DNA of 64,000 bases from an uncultured Acidobacteriota bacterium (lineage in GTDB: Bacteria; Acidobacteriota; Thermoanaerobaculia; UBA5066; Gp7-AA6). The notes beneath the pieces were generated by a model. It was not told where the DNA came from, did not search any database, and was given only the letters and a program-made list of their open reading frames with translations. Made by a program: the position numbers and the translations under genes. Shown here in pieces: positions 23,265 to 33,161 of this stretch (position 1 is the stretch's first letter; every line of letters starts with the position of its first letter). The stretch is from NCBI GenBank assembly GCA_963764715.1, contig CAVXTP010000017.1, positions 32,001-96,000 on the forward strand, written 5' to 3'.

Positions 23265-24265
23265 TGCGTTTTCCCACCCACATCATGACCGATACGATTC
23301 AGAACTCGGTCAGAAACGCGATTCGCGGCAACAAGCGGTACCCGTTCGTCCTGATGCTCGAGCCGCTCTACACGTGCAACCTGGCCTGTCTCGGGTGCGC
23401 CGTCGAGCGCCACACGGGCAAGCTCAAGGACCGGCTCACCCTCGACCAGTGCATCGAGGCCGTGGAGCGCTCCGAGGCCCCCGTCGTGTCGATCTGCGGC
23501 GGCGAGCCCACGATCTACCCGGAGCTGCCGCAGCTCGTCGAGGAGATCATCAAGAGGAAGCGCCACATCTACCTCTGCACCAACGGCCTGCTCCTCGACG
23601 AGAACGTCTACGGCGAGATCAAGCCCCACAAGCGGCTCATGATCAACGTCCACCTCGACGGCATGCGCGAGACTCACGACTACGTCTGCGCGCGCGAGGG
23701 CGTCTTCGACAGGGCGATCGCGATGATCGAGAAGGGCGTCAAGCTCGGCCACCACATGATGGCCAACACGACGGTCTTCAAGGAGACCAACGTCGACGAG
23801 GTCGAGGAGCTCTGCGAGCTGCTGACCAACATGGGCGTCGAGGGGATGCTCGTCTCCCCCGGCTACCACTACGACTCGGTCGGCGCCGACATCTTCCTGA
23901 CGAAGTCCGAGATCCACAAGAAGTTCCAGCGCGTGCTCGACATCTCCAAGAAGTACAAGCTGACCTCGACGCCGATGTTCCTCGAGTTCGCCGCGGGCCT
24001 GCGCGAGTACAAGTGCTCCCCCTGGTCGACCGTGACCTTCACGCCCAACGGCTGGAAGGGGCCCTGCTACCTGATCGGCAAGACCTGGTCCCCGACCTTC
24101 GAGGAGTTCTGGAACGGCACCGACTGGTCCTACTGGGAGTCCCGGAAGGACCCGATGTGCCAGAACTGCCTGATGCACTCCGGGTTCGAGGCCTCGGTCG
24201 TCATGGAGCTCCCGAAGCACCCGGGCGACATGGTCCGGATGATCGCCTGGAATTTGGCGGCCTGA
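23264..24265 (+). CDS. hpnH: Adenosyl-hopane synthesising radical SAM enzyme
   Basis: YPFVLMLEPLYTCNLACLGC, GGEP, GPCYL, CQNCLMHSGFE; coupled to shc. Confidence 0.93.
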   Translation: MRFPTHIMTDTIQNSVRNAIRGNKRYPFVLMLEPLYTCNLACLGCAVERHTGKLKDRLTLDQCIEAVERSEAPVVSICGGEPTIYPELPQLVEEIIKRKRHIYLCTNGLLLDENVYGEIKPHKRLMINVHLDGMRETHDYVCAREGVFDRAIAMIEKGVKLGHHMMANTTVFKETNVDEVEELCELLTNMGVEGMLVSPGYHYDSVGADIFLTKSEIHKKFQRVLDISKKYKLTSTPMFLEFAAGLREYKCSPWSTVTFTPNGWKGPCYLIGKTWSPTFEEFWNGTDWSYWESRKDPMCQNCLMHSGFEASVVMELPKHPGDMVRMIAWNLAA

Positions 24266-24271
24266 GAATCG

Positions 24272-24372
24272 GGATGCAGGAAGCAGGATGCAGGAGGCAG
24301 GCTTCGCCGTAGTCCTTTCTGTGGAGGCAAGGGGTTCCGTCCTGCCTCCCGCCGCCCGCCGCCTGCCTCCTT
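24272..24372. repeat. Inverted heptamer array (GGAAGCA/GGAGGCA-like, family C)
   Basis: ggatgca-ggaagca-ggatgca-ggaggca followed by complementary cctgcct/ccgcccg units. Confidence 0.7.
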
Positions 24373-24391
24373 TTTCCGTGCCTCCTCCCCC

Positions 24392-25378
24392 GTGGATCTA
24401 GTCACCGGCGGAACGGGGTTCGTCGGCACGCACGTCGTCCGCGCGCTCCTCGCGCAGGGAAGCTCGGTGCGCGTGCTCGCCCGGCCCGCGAGCCGCCGCG
24501 AGAATCTCGAGGGGCTCGACGTCGAGGTCGTCCCGGGCGACCTGACCGATCCCGCCTCCCTCGCCCGCGCCATGCGGGGCGTCGCGACGCTCTACCACGT
24601 CGCCGCGGACTACCGCCTCTGGGCGAAGGACCCGCAGGAGCTCTATCGCGCCAACGCCGGCGGGACCGAGAGCATCCTCCGCGCCGCCGCCGAGGCCGGA
24701 GTCTCGCGGGTCGTCTACACGAGCTCGGTCGCCGCCCTCGGACTGACCGCCGACGGCTCGCCCGGGTCGGAAGAGACGCCGGTCGAGCGCGGGAAGATCA
24801 TCGGCCACTACAAGAAGTCGAAGTACGACGCCGAGCGCGTCGCCCTCGGCTGGGCGAAGAAGGGCCTGCCGGTCGTCATCGTGAATCCCTCGACGCCGGT
24901 CGGCGAGCGCGACGTCAAGCCGACGCCGACCGGCCGGCTGATCGTCGACTTCCTGAACCGGAAGATGCCCGCCTACGTGGACACGGGCCTCAACCTGATC
25001 GACGTGCGCGACGTCGCCGCGGGCCACCTCGCCGCAGCCGCGAAGGGGAAGCCCGGCGAGCGCTACATCCTCGGCCACCGCGACATGACCCTGAAGCAGA
25101 TCCTCGACACGCTCGCGACGCTCACCGGGCTGCCGGCGCCGACGGTGCGGCTGCCGCACTGGATCCCGCTCGCCGCCGCGGCGGTGTCGACGGGCGTCGC
25201 GCGCGTCACGGGCCGGCCGCCCGGCGTCTCGCTCGAGAGCGTGCGGATGTCGACGCACCGGATGTTCTTCGATGCCTCGAAGGCGGTGCGCGATCTCGGC
25301 CTGCCGCAGACGCCGGTCGAGGAGGCCCTCGCCCGCGCGGTCGAATGGTTCCGGTCGAACGGCTATGTCCGCGGCTGA
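24392..25378 (+). CDS. hpnA: Hopanoid-associated NAD-dependent epimerase/dehydratase
   Basis: VTGGTGFVG, HVAADYRLW, YKKSK, VNPSTPVG..D.KPTPTG. Confidence 0.92.
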   Translation: MDLVTGGTGFVGTHVVRALLAQGSSVRVLARPASRRENLEGLDVEVVPGDLTDPASLARAMRGVATLYHVAADYRLWAKDPQELYRANAGGTESILRAAAEAGVSRVVYTSSVAALGLTADGSPGSEETPVERGKIIGHYKKSKYDAERVALGWAKKGLPVVIVNPSTPVGERDVKPTPTGRLIVDFLNRKMPAYVDTGLNLIDVRDVAAGHLAAAAKGKPGERYILGHRDMTLKQILDTLATLTGLPAPTVRLPHWIPLAAAAVSTGVARVTGRPPGVSLESVRMSTHRMFFDASKAVRDLGLPQTPVEEALARAVEWFRSNGYVRG

Positions 25379-26111
25379 GGACGCGCCGGCCCTCGTTCTC
25401 ACGGCGATCCCCGAAGAGCGCGCCGCGATCGCGAGGCGGCTTTCCGGCCACGCCGTCGTCGTCGCGACGGGAGACGGGCCGCGAAACGCCGCTCGCGGCG
25501 CGGCGGAGGCGATCGAGCGCCACCGGCCGAGTGTCGTCTTCGGCGTCGGCGTCGCCGGCGCCCTGACGCCGGGCCTCGCGGCGGGAGAAATCCTGGCGTC
25601 CGGCCGCATCCTCGACGCCCGGGGCGAGACCCCTCCCCCGTCCCGCAAGCTTCTCGAGGCCGCCCTCGCCGCGACGGGAATCCGGGCCGGCACCCTGCTC
25701 ACCATCGACCGGCCGGCCGTCTCGGCCGCCGAGAAGGCGACGCTCGCCGCCTCGACCGGCGCCCCGGCGGTCTGCGACATGGAGTCCGCCGCGTGGGCCC
25801 GCGCCGCCGCGGCGGCGGGCGTGCCGTACCTGGTGCTTCGCGCCGTGAGCGACACGGCCGAAGAAGACCTGCCGCGATATCTTGCGCGGTGCATGAACGC
25901 CGGTGGAGGGATCAGCCGCGCCGCGGTGACGTTCCAGGCCCTCCTCCACCCGGCGACGATCCCGGACCTCCTCCGCATGCGCCGCCGCGTGGCGATGTGC
26001 GGCGAAAGGCTGGGCGACCTCCTGGCTGCGGTCGTCGGGGCGGAGGTTGCGGGCGCCCCGAAGAACCGGGCGGGGACGAGCCCCGCCCCCACGAACGGGG
26101 GCCCGCGGTGA
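25365..26111 (+). CDS. hpnG: HpnG-like nucleoside phosphorylase/nucleosidase
   Basis: GVAGALTP, CDMESAA, LRAVSD motifs of the PNP/MTAN fold; position in the hpn operon. Confidence 0.8.
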   Translation: MSAAEDAPALVLTAIPEERAAIARRLSGHAVVVATGDGPRNAARGAAEAIERHRPSVVFGVGVAGALTPGLAAGEILASGRILDARGETPPPSRKLLEAALAATGIRAGTLLTIDRPAVSAAEKATLAASTGAPAVCDMESAAWARAAAAAGVPYLVLRAVSDTAEEDLPRYLARCMNAGGGISRAAVTFQALLHPATIPDLLRMRRRVAMCGERLGDLLAAVVGAEVAGAPKNRAGTSPAPTNGGPR

Positions 26112-27007
26112 CCTCCCTCGAGCACCTCCTCGAGAAGACCAGCCGCACCTTCGCGCTGTCCATCCCGGTGCTGCCGGAGCCGACGCGGCGCGAGGTGATG
26201 ATCGCGTATCTGCTCTTCCGCATCGCCGACACGTTCGAGGACGCGTCGCACTGGACGCCCGAGGCGCGCATCGGGGCGATCGCCGACTTCAACGCGCTGC
26301 TGTCCGCGTCCAACCGCCCGCGCGCCGAGCGCCTCGCCCGCGACTGGGTCTCCCGGGAAGTCGCGCACCACGCCGGCTACCAGGAGCTCATGGCAGAGAC
26401 GCCCTTCGTCCTCGACGCCTTCTTCGCGCTTTCGGAAGGCGCCATCCCGCCGATCCGGGAGCACGTCGTCCGCTCGGCCGAGGGCATGGCGTCGATCGTC
26501 GCCCGCACCCGGGGCGGCCAGCTCGAGCTTCACTCGATCCAGGAGCTGAAGGACTACTGCTACATCGTGGCCGGCATCGTCGGAGAGATGCTGACGGAGC
26601 TCTTCCTCCTCGGCCGGCCGGGGCTCGAGGGCACCGCGGCGTACCTCCGGGAGCGCGCCGCGACGTTCGGCGAAGCCCTCCAGCTCGTCAACATCCTCAA
26701 GGACTCCGCCTCCGACGCGGAGGAAGGCCGCCGCTACCTGCCGGCGGAGGTTCCCGTCTCCGAGGTCTTCGCGCTCGCGCGCCGCGACCTCGGCGTCGCG
26801 GGCGAGTACATCCGCGCGCTGCAGACGGCGGACGCGCCGCGCGGCCTCGTCGAGTTCACGGCGCTGCCCGTGCAGCTCGCCTGGGCCGCCCTCGAGCAGG
26901 TCGAGAAACGCGGACCGGGCTCGAAGGTGTCCCGGCCCGAAGTCTTCCTGATCACGCAGCGCCTCAAGCGGGCCCTCGACCGGGGGGAGCCGGCCGTCGC
27001 CCGCTGA
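26108..27007 (+). CDS. Squalene synthase (SQS/FDFT1-like)
   Basis: TSRTFALSI, YLLFRIADTFED, YCYIVAGIVG, LQLVNILKD, GRRYLP. Confidence 0.88.
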   Translation: MTSLEHLLEKTSRTFALSIPVLPEPTRREVMIAYLLFRIADTFEDASHWTPEARIGAIADFNALLSASNRPRAERLARDWVSREVAHHAGYQELMAETPFVLDAFFALSEGAIPPIREHVVRSAEGMASIVARTRGGQLELHSIQELKDYCYIVAGIVGEMLTELFLLGRPGLEGTAAYLRERAATFGEALQLVNILKDSASDAEEGRRYLPAEVPVSEVFALARRDLGVAGEYIRALQTADAPRGLVEFTALPVQLAWAALEQVEKRGPGSKVSRPEVFLITQRLKRALDRGEPAVAR

Positions 27008-27101
27008 GCGACCCGTTGGGGCCTTGCGGCGGCCCTCGATTCGGAGATAATGCCGCCGCCCCCAGAGCCGACTCATGATTCGAACCACCAACGGAACCTC
27101 G

Positions 27102-28244
27102 ATGAAGCTGCGCCTGCGTCGGGCGACGTGGCTTTCCGCCGCGATTCTCGCCGCCTCGGTCGGCGCGAGGGCGGAAGAGCTCCGCCTGTTCCCGGATACC
27201 GCCGCCGCGCCGCGCGATCCCGCCGCCGAGCCCGAGGCCGTCGAACCGCGGCTCCGCCTCCTCGACGTCGAGCACGCGTACCCGTGGAACGCGGGACGGA
27301 CGGATCCCGGTGTCGAGCTCGCGGCCCTCGCCGACACGTACGCCTTCCGGGACGCGGCCGACGGGGCGGGCGGTTCCCAGGAGCCTCCCCCGCCATCGGT
27401 GAAGACGCCGGCGCCGAAGCTCTTCACGACCTCGACGACCATCCTCACGGCCGCCGCGCTCGTCGGCGGGTTCATGCAGGGTCTCGGGGCCCCGCTCCAG
27501 TACGGATGGAAGAGCTTCCATACGACCGACGAAGGCTGGTTTTCCCGGACCACGTACGTCGGCGGAGCCGACAAGATCTCGCACTTCATCATTTCGAGCG
27601 GAGTCTCGCGGGCGCTCTTCGAGGCGTACATCGCCCAGGGGCACACGGTGGACCAGTCCTTCAATCTCGCCCTGGGAACGGCCTTCATGGCGGGCGCGTT
27701 CGTCGAGATCATGGACGGCGTCTCGGTCTACGGCTTTTCGTTCCAGGACCTCACGGTCGACGCGCTCGGCTCGGCGGCCGGCCTCCTGATCCAGCGCAAC
27801 CACCTCGAGGACATGCTCGGGCTGCGCCTGGGTCTCGCAACGACCGACATCCCGCTCCAGTACGTCGGCTCGAGCGTCGAAACGCTCGGCCACAGCTACA
27901 ACGACGAGATCTACGCGGCCGACTTCAAGCCCGCGGGCCTGGTCCGCCGCCTCGGCGGAAAGCCGGGCTTCGAGCGGTTCTTCCTGACTTCGTTCGTCTA
28001 CTTCACGCGGGGCTTCGGCTACGATGCGCCGCTCCCGACGCGCTACCAGGAGGTCGGCTTCGAGGTCGGGCTGAACTTTCCGGAGATCCTGCGGGCCGTG
28101 GGCGTGGACGAGAAGACGTGGTGGGGCACGGGGCTGCAGGCGATCTTCCAGTTCTTCCGCTTCCCGTTCACCCAGGTCGGGGTCTACTACAACCTCTACG
28201 ACCACAAGTGGTACGGGCCGGGCGCTCCGTACCACTACGACTGA
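27102..28244 (+). CDS. DUF2279/YfiM-like exported or outer-membrane protein
   Basis: Signal peptide, GADKISHF, EIMDGVS.YGFSFQDL..DALG. Confidence 0.65.
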   Translation: MKLRLRRATWLSAAILAASVGARAEELRLFPDTAAAPRDPAAEPEAVEPRLRLLDVEHAYPWNAGRTDPGVELAALADTYAFRDAADGAGGSQEPPPPSVKTPAPKLFTTSTTILTAAALVGGFMQGLGAPLQYGWKSFHTTDEGWFSRTTYVGGADKISHFIISSGVSRALFEAYIAQGHTVDQSFNLALGTAFMAGAFVEIMDGVSVYGFSFQDLTVDALGSAAGLLIQRNHLEDMLGLRLGLATTDIPLQYVGSSVETLGHSYNDEIYAADFKPAGLVRRLGGKPGFERFFLTSFVYFTRGFGYDAPLPTRYQEVGFEVGLNFPEILRAVGVDEKTWWGTGLQAIFQFFRFPFTQVGVYYNLYDHKWYGPGAPYHYD

Positions 28245-28274
28245 GCCGCGGCCGGGCGCGGGCGGGCCGAGGCC

Positions 28275-29519
28275 TCAGCGGGCGGACTGGGGGCTCGACT
28301 GCCCCGCGGCCGGCGCGCCCTGCGGCCGGCGCCCGCCGAGCGCCATGACCACGAGGGCCAGGAAGAAGCCGGGCGTTCCCACCGAGACGGGCGCCAGGAA
28401 CCAGTAGGCTTTTCCGAAGAGCCCGAGGACCATCACGAAGTAGATGAAGTCGCGCCGTGCGAGCGCGTCGAGGACCTGCGTCAGCCGCGACCGGCGCGAG
28501 GGCGAGACGGTCGTCAGGAGCGGCCCGCCGCCGGGCCGCGGCCGCATCGCGTACGTGTAGATGAACCCGGCGCACAGAATCGTCCCGGAGACGGCGAGGG
28601 CGCCGAGGTAGAGCGGCCACGGCCGCCCCGCGGCCTCGCTCCACGCCAACGCGAACGCCGAGAAGACGGCGACGTGCACGAGGTTGTCGCCCCAGAAATC
28701 GAGGACGCCGCCCAAACGCGACTCCTGGAACTTCAGCCGCGCGAGCTCGCCGTCGCAGCCGTCCAGGATCGAGTGGAGGAGAAACAGCAGGCCGCCCGCG
28801 GCCTGGCGGGGCAGCGCGGGCGAAAGGAAACACCACGCGCCGGCGAGACCGAAGGCCACGCTCACGACCGTCATGGCGTTGGGAGTGACGCGCGTCGGAG
28901 CGAGCCGCCGGGTCACGGCGAGCGAGATCTTCCGGCTGATGTACCGGGTCAGGATCCCGTCCTCCTTTTTGACGAGGGCGCCGAGGAGCAGGTCCTCCGC
29001 GGCGGCGAGGTCGGCGCGGGTCGCGGCCTCGAACGGCGGGGCGATCTCCGGAGCGTCCGCCGGACCCGGGGAGCTCTCCGGCAGCTCCGCGGCCCACCCG
29101 GACACGACGGCGGGCAGGAGCCTTTCGCGCGCCAGCACGCGGGCGAGGGGCGCGGGGTCGGACGTCTCGACGACGGCCCCCGGACCGAAGCGGCGCAGGC
29201 GCCCCGGCTCGGCCGGCATCTCGCGCACGCGGCGCAGCCACGGCGTGCTCGCGACGGTCCGATCCGGCAGCAGGACGACCCGGCCCGCGGGCAGCACCGA
29301 TCCGGCCGCGTCGACGGGAAACGCGAGCGCGCCCGTTCCCTCGAGGACCGGACTCGCCCCGCCGCCGCCGAGCACGTACACGCGGTCGAAACCCGCGCGA
29401 CGGGCCGCGAGCGCCGTCCGGCGGATCAGCGGCAGTCCCAGGACCGGGGTCTCCGGGGTCGGCGAGCCCGGCGTGAGCGCGCCGGAGGAGGCCAGCAGGA
29501 GAGTCGCGGAGGACGTCAT
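28275..29519 (-). CDS. CDP-alcohol phosphotransferase with degenerate N-terminal NTP-transferase-like domain (copy 1)
   Basis: TPNAMT and DGCDGELAR(x8)GGVLDFWGD signature; N-terminal VLGLPLIRRTALAARRAGF. Confidence 0.9.
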   Translation of the reverse strand: MTSSATLLLASSGALTPGSPTPETPVLGLPLIRRTALAARRAGFDRVYVLGGGGASPVLEGTGALAFPVDAAGSVLPAGRVVLLPDRTVASTPWLRRVREMPAEPGRLRRFGPGAVVETSDPAPLARVLARERLLPAVVSGWAAELPESSPGPADAPEIAPPFEAATRADLAAAEDLLLGALVKKEDGILTRYISRKISLAVTRRLAPTRVTPNAMTVVSVAFGLAGAWCFLSPALPRQAAGGLLFLLHSILDGCDGELARLKFQESRLGGVLDFWGDNLVHVAVFSAFALAWSEAAGRPWPLYLGALAVSGTILCAGFIYTYAMRPRPGGGPLLTTVSPSRRSRLTQVLDALARRDFIYFVMVLGLFGKAYWFLAPVSVGTPGFFLALVVMALGGRRPQGAPAAGQSSPQSAR

Positions 29520-30409
29520 ACCGCGACGCGGATCCGCCGCCGCAGCCGGGCCGCGAGGTGCGCGGCGATGTTGTCGGCCGCCTCTTCCCGGAAGAGCGCG
29601 AAGCTCGGCCACGCGTTGACGTCGATCACGAAGATTTTGCCCGCGGGCGTGACGATGGCGTCGCCGCCCCAGACCTCGAGGCCGAGCGCATCGGCGGCAC
29701 GGCACGCGATCTCCCGGAGGGCGCGCTCGTCGAAGGCATGGCCCGACACGGGCTTCTCCTTCGGATGAAACCAGCGGAACCAGGAGGCCGCGGCCGTCCC
29801 GCCGCCGCCTTCCGGCCCGCCGCCGACGCCGTAGAACTTGACGAGGTCTCCCTCGACGTGCCGCTGCACGACGGCGCGCGGCAGCCCGAGGCTCCGCAGC
29901 CGCTGAAGGGCCTCCCGGACCGACGCGGGATCGGTGGCGAACACCACGTCGCCCTCGCGCGTCTTGTGCTCGGTCGCCTGCTTGACCCAGCACGCCGCGT
30001 AGAGGCCGTCCTCGGCCGCGCCCCGCGGCACCGGGCCCTCGCCGTCGAGCAGCCGGCTTTCCGGCGTCGGAACGCGCCGCTCGTCGAGGAGCGGGATCAT
30101 CCGTTCGCGATGCGTGTTGGCGATCGAACGCGAGCCGTTGACGACGCAGACGCCCCGGCTTTCCCACCGGCTCACGCGCTCGAGCGCCGCGCGGCCCTCG
30201 CACATCGAGAAGACGAGCGCGGGAAGCGCCTCCTCGTGGCCGGTCAGCGCGTCCGGCGAGCGGTACTCGACGGCGAAGCCGGCGCCCTCCCCGCCGAGCC
30301 GGCGGCCCGTGGCCTCCAGGATCCCGGCGTCGTCGGCTTCGCGGCCGGGCGAGTGCTCGAGCTCTCGGAAAACGCCCCAGACGGCGGCAGGTCCGGTGCG
30401 GGCGGTCAT
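29516..30409 (-). CDS. ATP-grasp fold protein (copy 1)
   Basis: VVQRHVEGDLVKFYGV, WGGDAIV, VIDVNAWPSF; ATGA-coupled to neighbours. Confidence 0.8.
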   Translation of the reverse strand: MTARTGPAAVWGVFRELEHSPGREADDAGILEATGRRLGGEGAGFAVEYRSPDALTGHEEALPALVFSMCEGRAALERVSRWESRGVCVVNGSRSIANTHRERMIPLLDERRVPTPESRLLDGEGPVPRGAAEDGLYAACWVKQATEHKTREGDVVFATDPASVREALQRLRSLGLPRAVVQRHVEGDLVKFYGVGGGPEGGGGTAAASWFRWFHPKEKPVSGHAFDERALREIACRAADALGLEVWGGDAIVTPAGKIFVIDVNAWPSFALFREEAADNIAAHLAARLRRRIRVAV

Positions 30410-31095
30410 GGCTCGAGCCGCAGGATCTCCGCCAGGCGCGCGATCACGCGGTCCTCCGGACAGCAGGGCCCGCCGTTTTCGGCCGCGCCTTCGGGGCGCA
30501 GCCACACGTGGCGCATCCCCATCCCGCGCGCGCCGGCCATGTCGCGCCGGAGCGAGTCGCCCACGAACACCGCTTCGTGCGGCCCGGCGCCGAGGGCGTC
30601 GAGCGCCGCCTGGAAGATCCGGGGGTCCGGCTTCTTGACGCCCGCGAGCGTCGAGTCGACCGCGACGGAGACCGAAGGCGAAAGGCCCGCCTCGTCCAGA
30701 ACGGCCTGCAGGTTCCCGTAGAAGTTCGACACGATCCCGATCCGGTAACGCTCCTTGAGACGCCCCAGGATGGAGGCGCTTTCGGCGAGCTGGCGCAGGG
30801 AGTCGCGGGTGAATCGGTCGCCGATCCGACGGAGCAGGTCGCTCTCGCGCCCGAGCCGCGAGGCGAGGCCCGCCGCCACGCGCTCGACCGTCTCGCGCAG
30901 GCCCGCGCTCGCGGGGATCCGGCCCTCGAGCGCGTCCGTCGCCCCGTAGAAGGCCGGGTCGAACTCGGCCTGGGGCAGGTCGAGCCCTTCCTGCCGGGCC
31001 GCGGCGTAGAAGCGGTCCTTCCACGGCACGCCTTCCGCGTCGAGCGTGCCGCCGAAATCGAAGAGCAGGGCGCGGGTCGCGGAGGGCACCGTCAT
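30406..31095 (-). CDS. HAD-family hydrolase
   Basis: FDFGGTLD, VSNFYGN, KPDPRIF, FVGDSLRRD. Confidence 0.9.
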   Translation of the reverse strand: MTVPSATRALLFDFGGTLDAEGVPWKDRFYAAARQEGLDLPQAEFDPAFYGATDALEGRIPASAGLRETVERVAAGLASRLGRESDLLRRIGDRFTRDSLRQLAESASILGRLKERYRIGIVSNFYGNLQAVLDEAGLSPSVSVAVDSTLAGVKKPDPRIFQAALDALGAGPHEAVFVGDSLRRDMAGARGMGMRHVWLRPEGAAENGGPCCPEDRVIARLAEILRLEP

Positions 31096-32141
31096 CGCGT
31101 CGGCTCCGACCCGGCGAGCTTCGGGTCCGGAACCACCGGGATCAGCGCCGCTTTCGCCACCGGCCGGTGCGCGAGAAACACGAGCCCGGGCACCACCCAG
31201 AGGAGCTCGCGGGCCCGCCGGACGAGCCCGTAGGCGACGCCGGTCGAGGCCGGAAGCCCCAGCAGGACGAACACGCCGGTGCGGACGCTTTCCGCCGTGC
31301 CGGCGCGGCCGGGCACGAAGAGGAACATGTTGTTGAGCAGCATGGCGAGGGACTCGACCGCAAACGCGGTCGCCCAGCCCCGGCCGGGGGCCATGAGACG
31401 CAGCACGATGTAGGTCTCGAGGAGCCCGCCGCACCAGCCGAGCAGGCACCATCCCGCCGCCGAGAAGAAGTGGTGGGGACGGTCGGCGTAGAAGCGGCGG
31501 ATCAGATCGTCGAGCGCCCTCGCGCCGTCACGATACCGGGCGAACCGGCGCGCCAGCGGCTTGAACCGGGACGCCAGCAGGAGCAGGGGCTCGAAGGTCC
31601 CCTTCTGGAGCGCCCAGGTCATGAGGACGAGGAGCGCGGTCAGGACGACGAGGCTCGCCAGGGCCGTCCAGCGCACGGCCGGCGAAAGGTCGAAATAGAC
31701 GACGGCCACGCCCAGACCGACCGCGACGAAGAACGACTGGGAGAGCATGTGGGCGTGCTTGAAGATCGTCACCGAAGCGATCGCGCTGGACGTCTTCATC
31801 CGGTCGCTCAGCATGTTCGCGCGCACGGGCTCTCCCGCGACGCTTCCGGGCGCGAGGTAATTCAAGGTATTGCCCGCCAGATAGATACGCAGCAGGTCCG
31901 GCACGCTCGAGAGCGGGGGCCGAGGCTCCATCACTCCGCGCCAGCCCAGCACGAACGCGATCTCCGCCAGGAGGTACAGGGCCACGAGCCCCAGAAACCT
32001 CCAGCCGATCAGGGCGAGGTTCGCCTCGACGGCCGGCCAGCCCGTCCGCCACACCAGGACGAAGGCGATGGCGATGCCGGCGAGTAAGAGGATGGCTCGA
32101 GCATGTCTGGCGCCGAACCCGCGCCCTGCTTTGGGAGACAT
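31092..32141 (-). CDS. Lysylphosphatidylglycerol-synthase TM (flippase-like) protein (copy 1)
   Basis: Multi-TM; NYLAPGSVAGEPVRA, FVPGRAGTAE, LVRRARELLW. Confidence 0.82.
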   Translation of the reverse strand: MSPKAGRGFGARHARAILLLAGIAIAFVLVWRTGWPAVEANLALIGWRFLGLVALYLLAEIAFVLGWRGVMEPRPPLSSVPDLLRIYLAGNTLNYLAPGSVAGEPVRANMLSDRMKTSSAIASVTIFKHAHMLSQSFFVAVGLGVAVVYFDLSPAVRWTALASLVVLTALLVLMTWALQKGTFEPLLLLASRFKPLARRFARYRDGARALDDLIRRFYADRPHHFFSAAGWCLLGWCGGLLETYIVLRLMAPGRGWATAFAVESLAMLLNNMFLFVPGRAGTAESVRTGVFVLLGLPASTGVAYGLVRRARELLWVVPGLVFLAHRPVAKAALIPVVPDPKLAGSEPTR

Positions 32142-32221
32142 CGGAACACGCGAAGAATACCAGCAGGAATCGGCCCTTCCGGGTGCGGGCTCGAGCGTTT
32201 ACGCGGCCTGATCAGCGCTCG

Positions 32222-32309
32222 AGGCGGCAGGCGGCGGGCGGCAGGAGGCAGGCCCCCCGCTTCCTGCTTACCGTCCCTGCTTCCTGCCTCCTGCCTCCTG
32301 CTTCCTGCC
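32222..32309. repeat. Inverted heptamer array (family C)
   Basis: ggcggca-ggcggcg-ggcggca-ggaggca ... tgcttcc-tgcctcc-tgcctcc-tgcttcc. Confidence 0.7.
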
Positions 32310-32310
32310 G

Positions 32311-33159
32311 TCACGGTCCGATCGCCAGCGGCACCCGGAACGGATTCGCCGGGTACCGCGCCGTGTCGTAGACCGCATCCACCGGCGAGGTCCCGTCCCA
32401 TGCCTTCTTGTCGGAGTACGCGGGCCGGGGCTGGCCGTCGACGAAGGCCGCGATCTCCTGGGCATCGCGGGTGTCGAGAGTGCCCGGCTCGTCCCGTGGC
32501 ATTCCATGGGCGAGGAACCCGGCCAGCATGTACACGCGCGCCAGGCCGGCGACGTCGTCGTAGGAGCGTGGTCCCCAGACCGGAGGCACGTAGTCGTAGG
32601 GAAGCGGCTGGCGCCGCTCCCGGTAGCCCTGCCCGTCGAGCCCGTGACAGCCCGAGCACAGATCGCCGTAGCGCGCGCGGCCCCGCTCGGCGTTCAGATC
32701 CGGAATCGGGACGAGGCTGCCGGCCGGGATGCGGCTCTCGTCCGAGGTGGAGTCCCCCGAACGGGCGATCGACGTCACGTAGGCCGAGAGCGCCGCGACG
32801 ATCTCGCTCGACTTCTCCGGCGCGCGTCCGGCGAGGCTGTGGGTGAAGCACCGGATGATGCGGTCCTCGAGGGTCACTTCGACGCCGGAGGGATCCTTGC
32901 GCGGATAGGCCGCCGCCGCGCCCGTCAGCGCCAGGGCGCCGGCCATCTTCCCGCCCTCGAGGTGACAGTTCGTGCACGCGAGGGCGTTCGATCCCAGCGC
33001 GGGCGCGAGCGTCTGCGTCCGCAGGAAGATCCGCTCGCCGAATGCCGCGTCGCGTCTGGCGACCGCCGTCGAACCACTTTCGCGGCCGCAGGCGGAAGCC
33101 AGCAGGACGAGTGAAGATGCGAGGGCGGCCGCGCGGATCGCGGCCGGGCCGGGCCGCAA
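32311..33159 (-). CDS. Diheme c-type cytochrome lipoprotein, TsdA-like
   Basis: LASAC lipobox, CTNCH and CSGCH heme motifs, TLEDRIIRCFTHS, PPVWGPRSY, MP; TTG start inferred. Confidence 0.75.
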   Translation of the reverse strand: MRPGPAAIRAAALASSLVLLASACGRESGSTAVARRDAAFGERIFLRTQTLAPALGSNALACTNCHLEGGKMAGALALTGAAAAYPRKDPSGVEVTLEDRIIRCFTHSLAGRAPEKSSEIVAALSAYVTSIARSGDSTSDESRIPAGSLVPIPDLNAERGRARYGDLCSGCHGLDGQGYRERRQPLPYDYVPPVWGPRSYDDVAGLARVYMLAGFLAHGMPRDEPGTLDTRDAQEIAAFVDGQPRPAYSDKKAWDGTSPVDAVYDTARYPANPFRVPLAIGP

Positions 33160-33161
33160 CC

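Noticed and set aside
32311-33159. Assigning the symbol tsdA or inferring a sulfur-oxidation pathway
   Set aside because: The motifs are similar, but there are no tsdB or sox neighbours and the N-terminus is short; left as TsdA-like.
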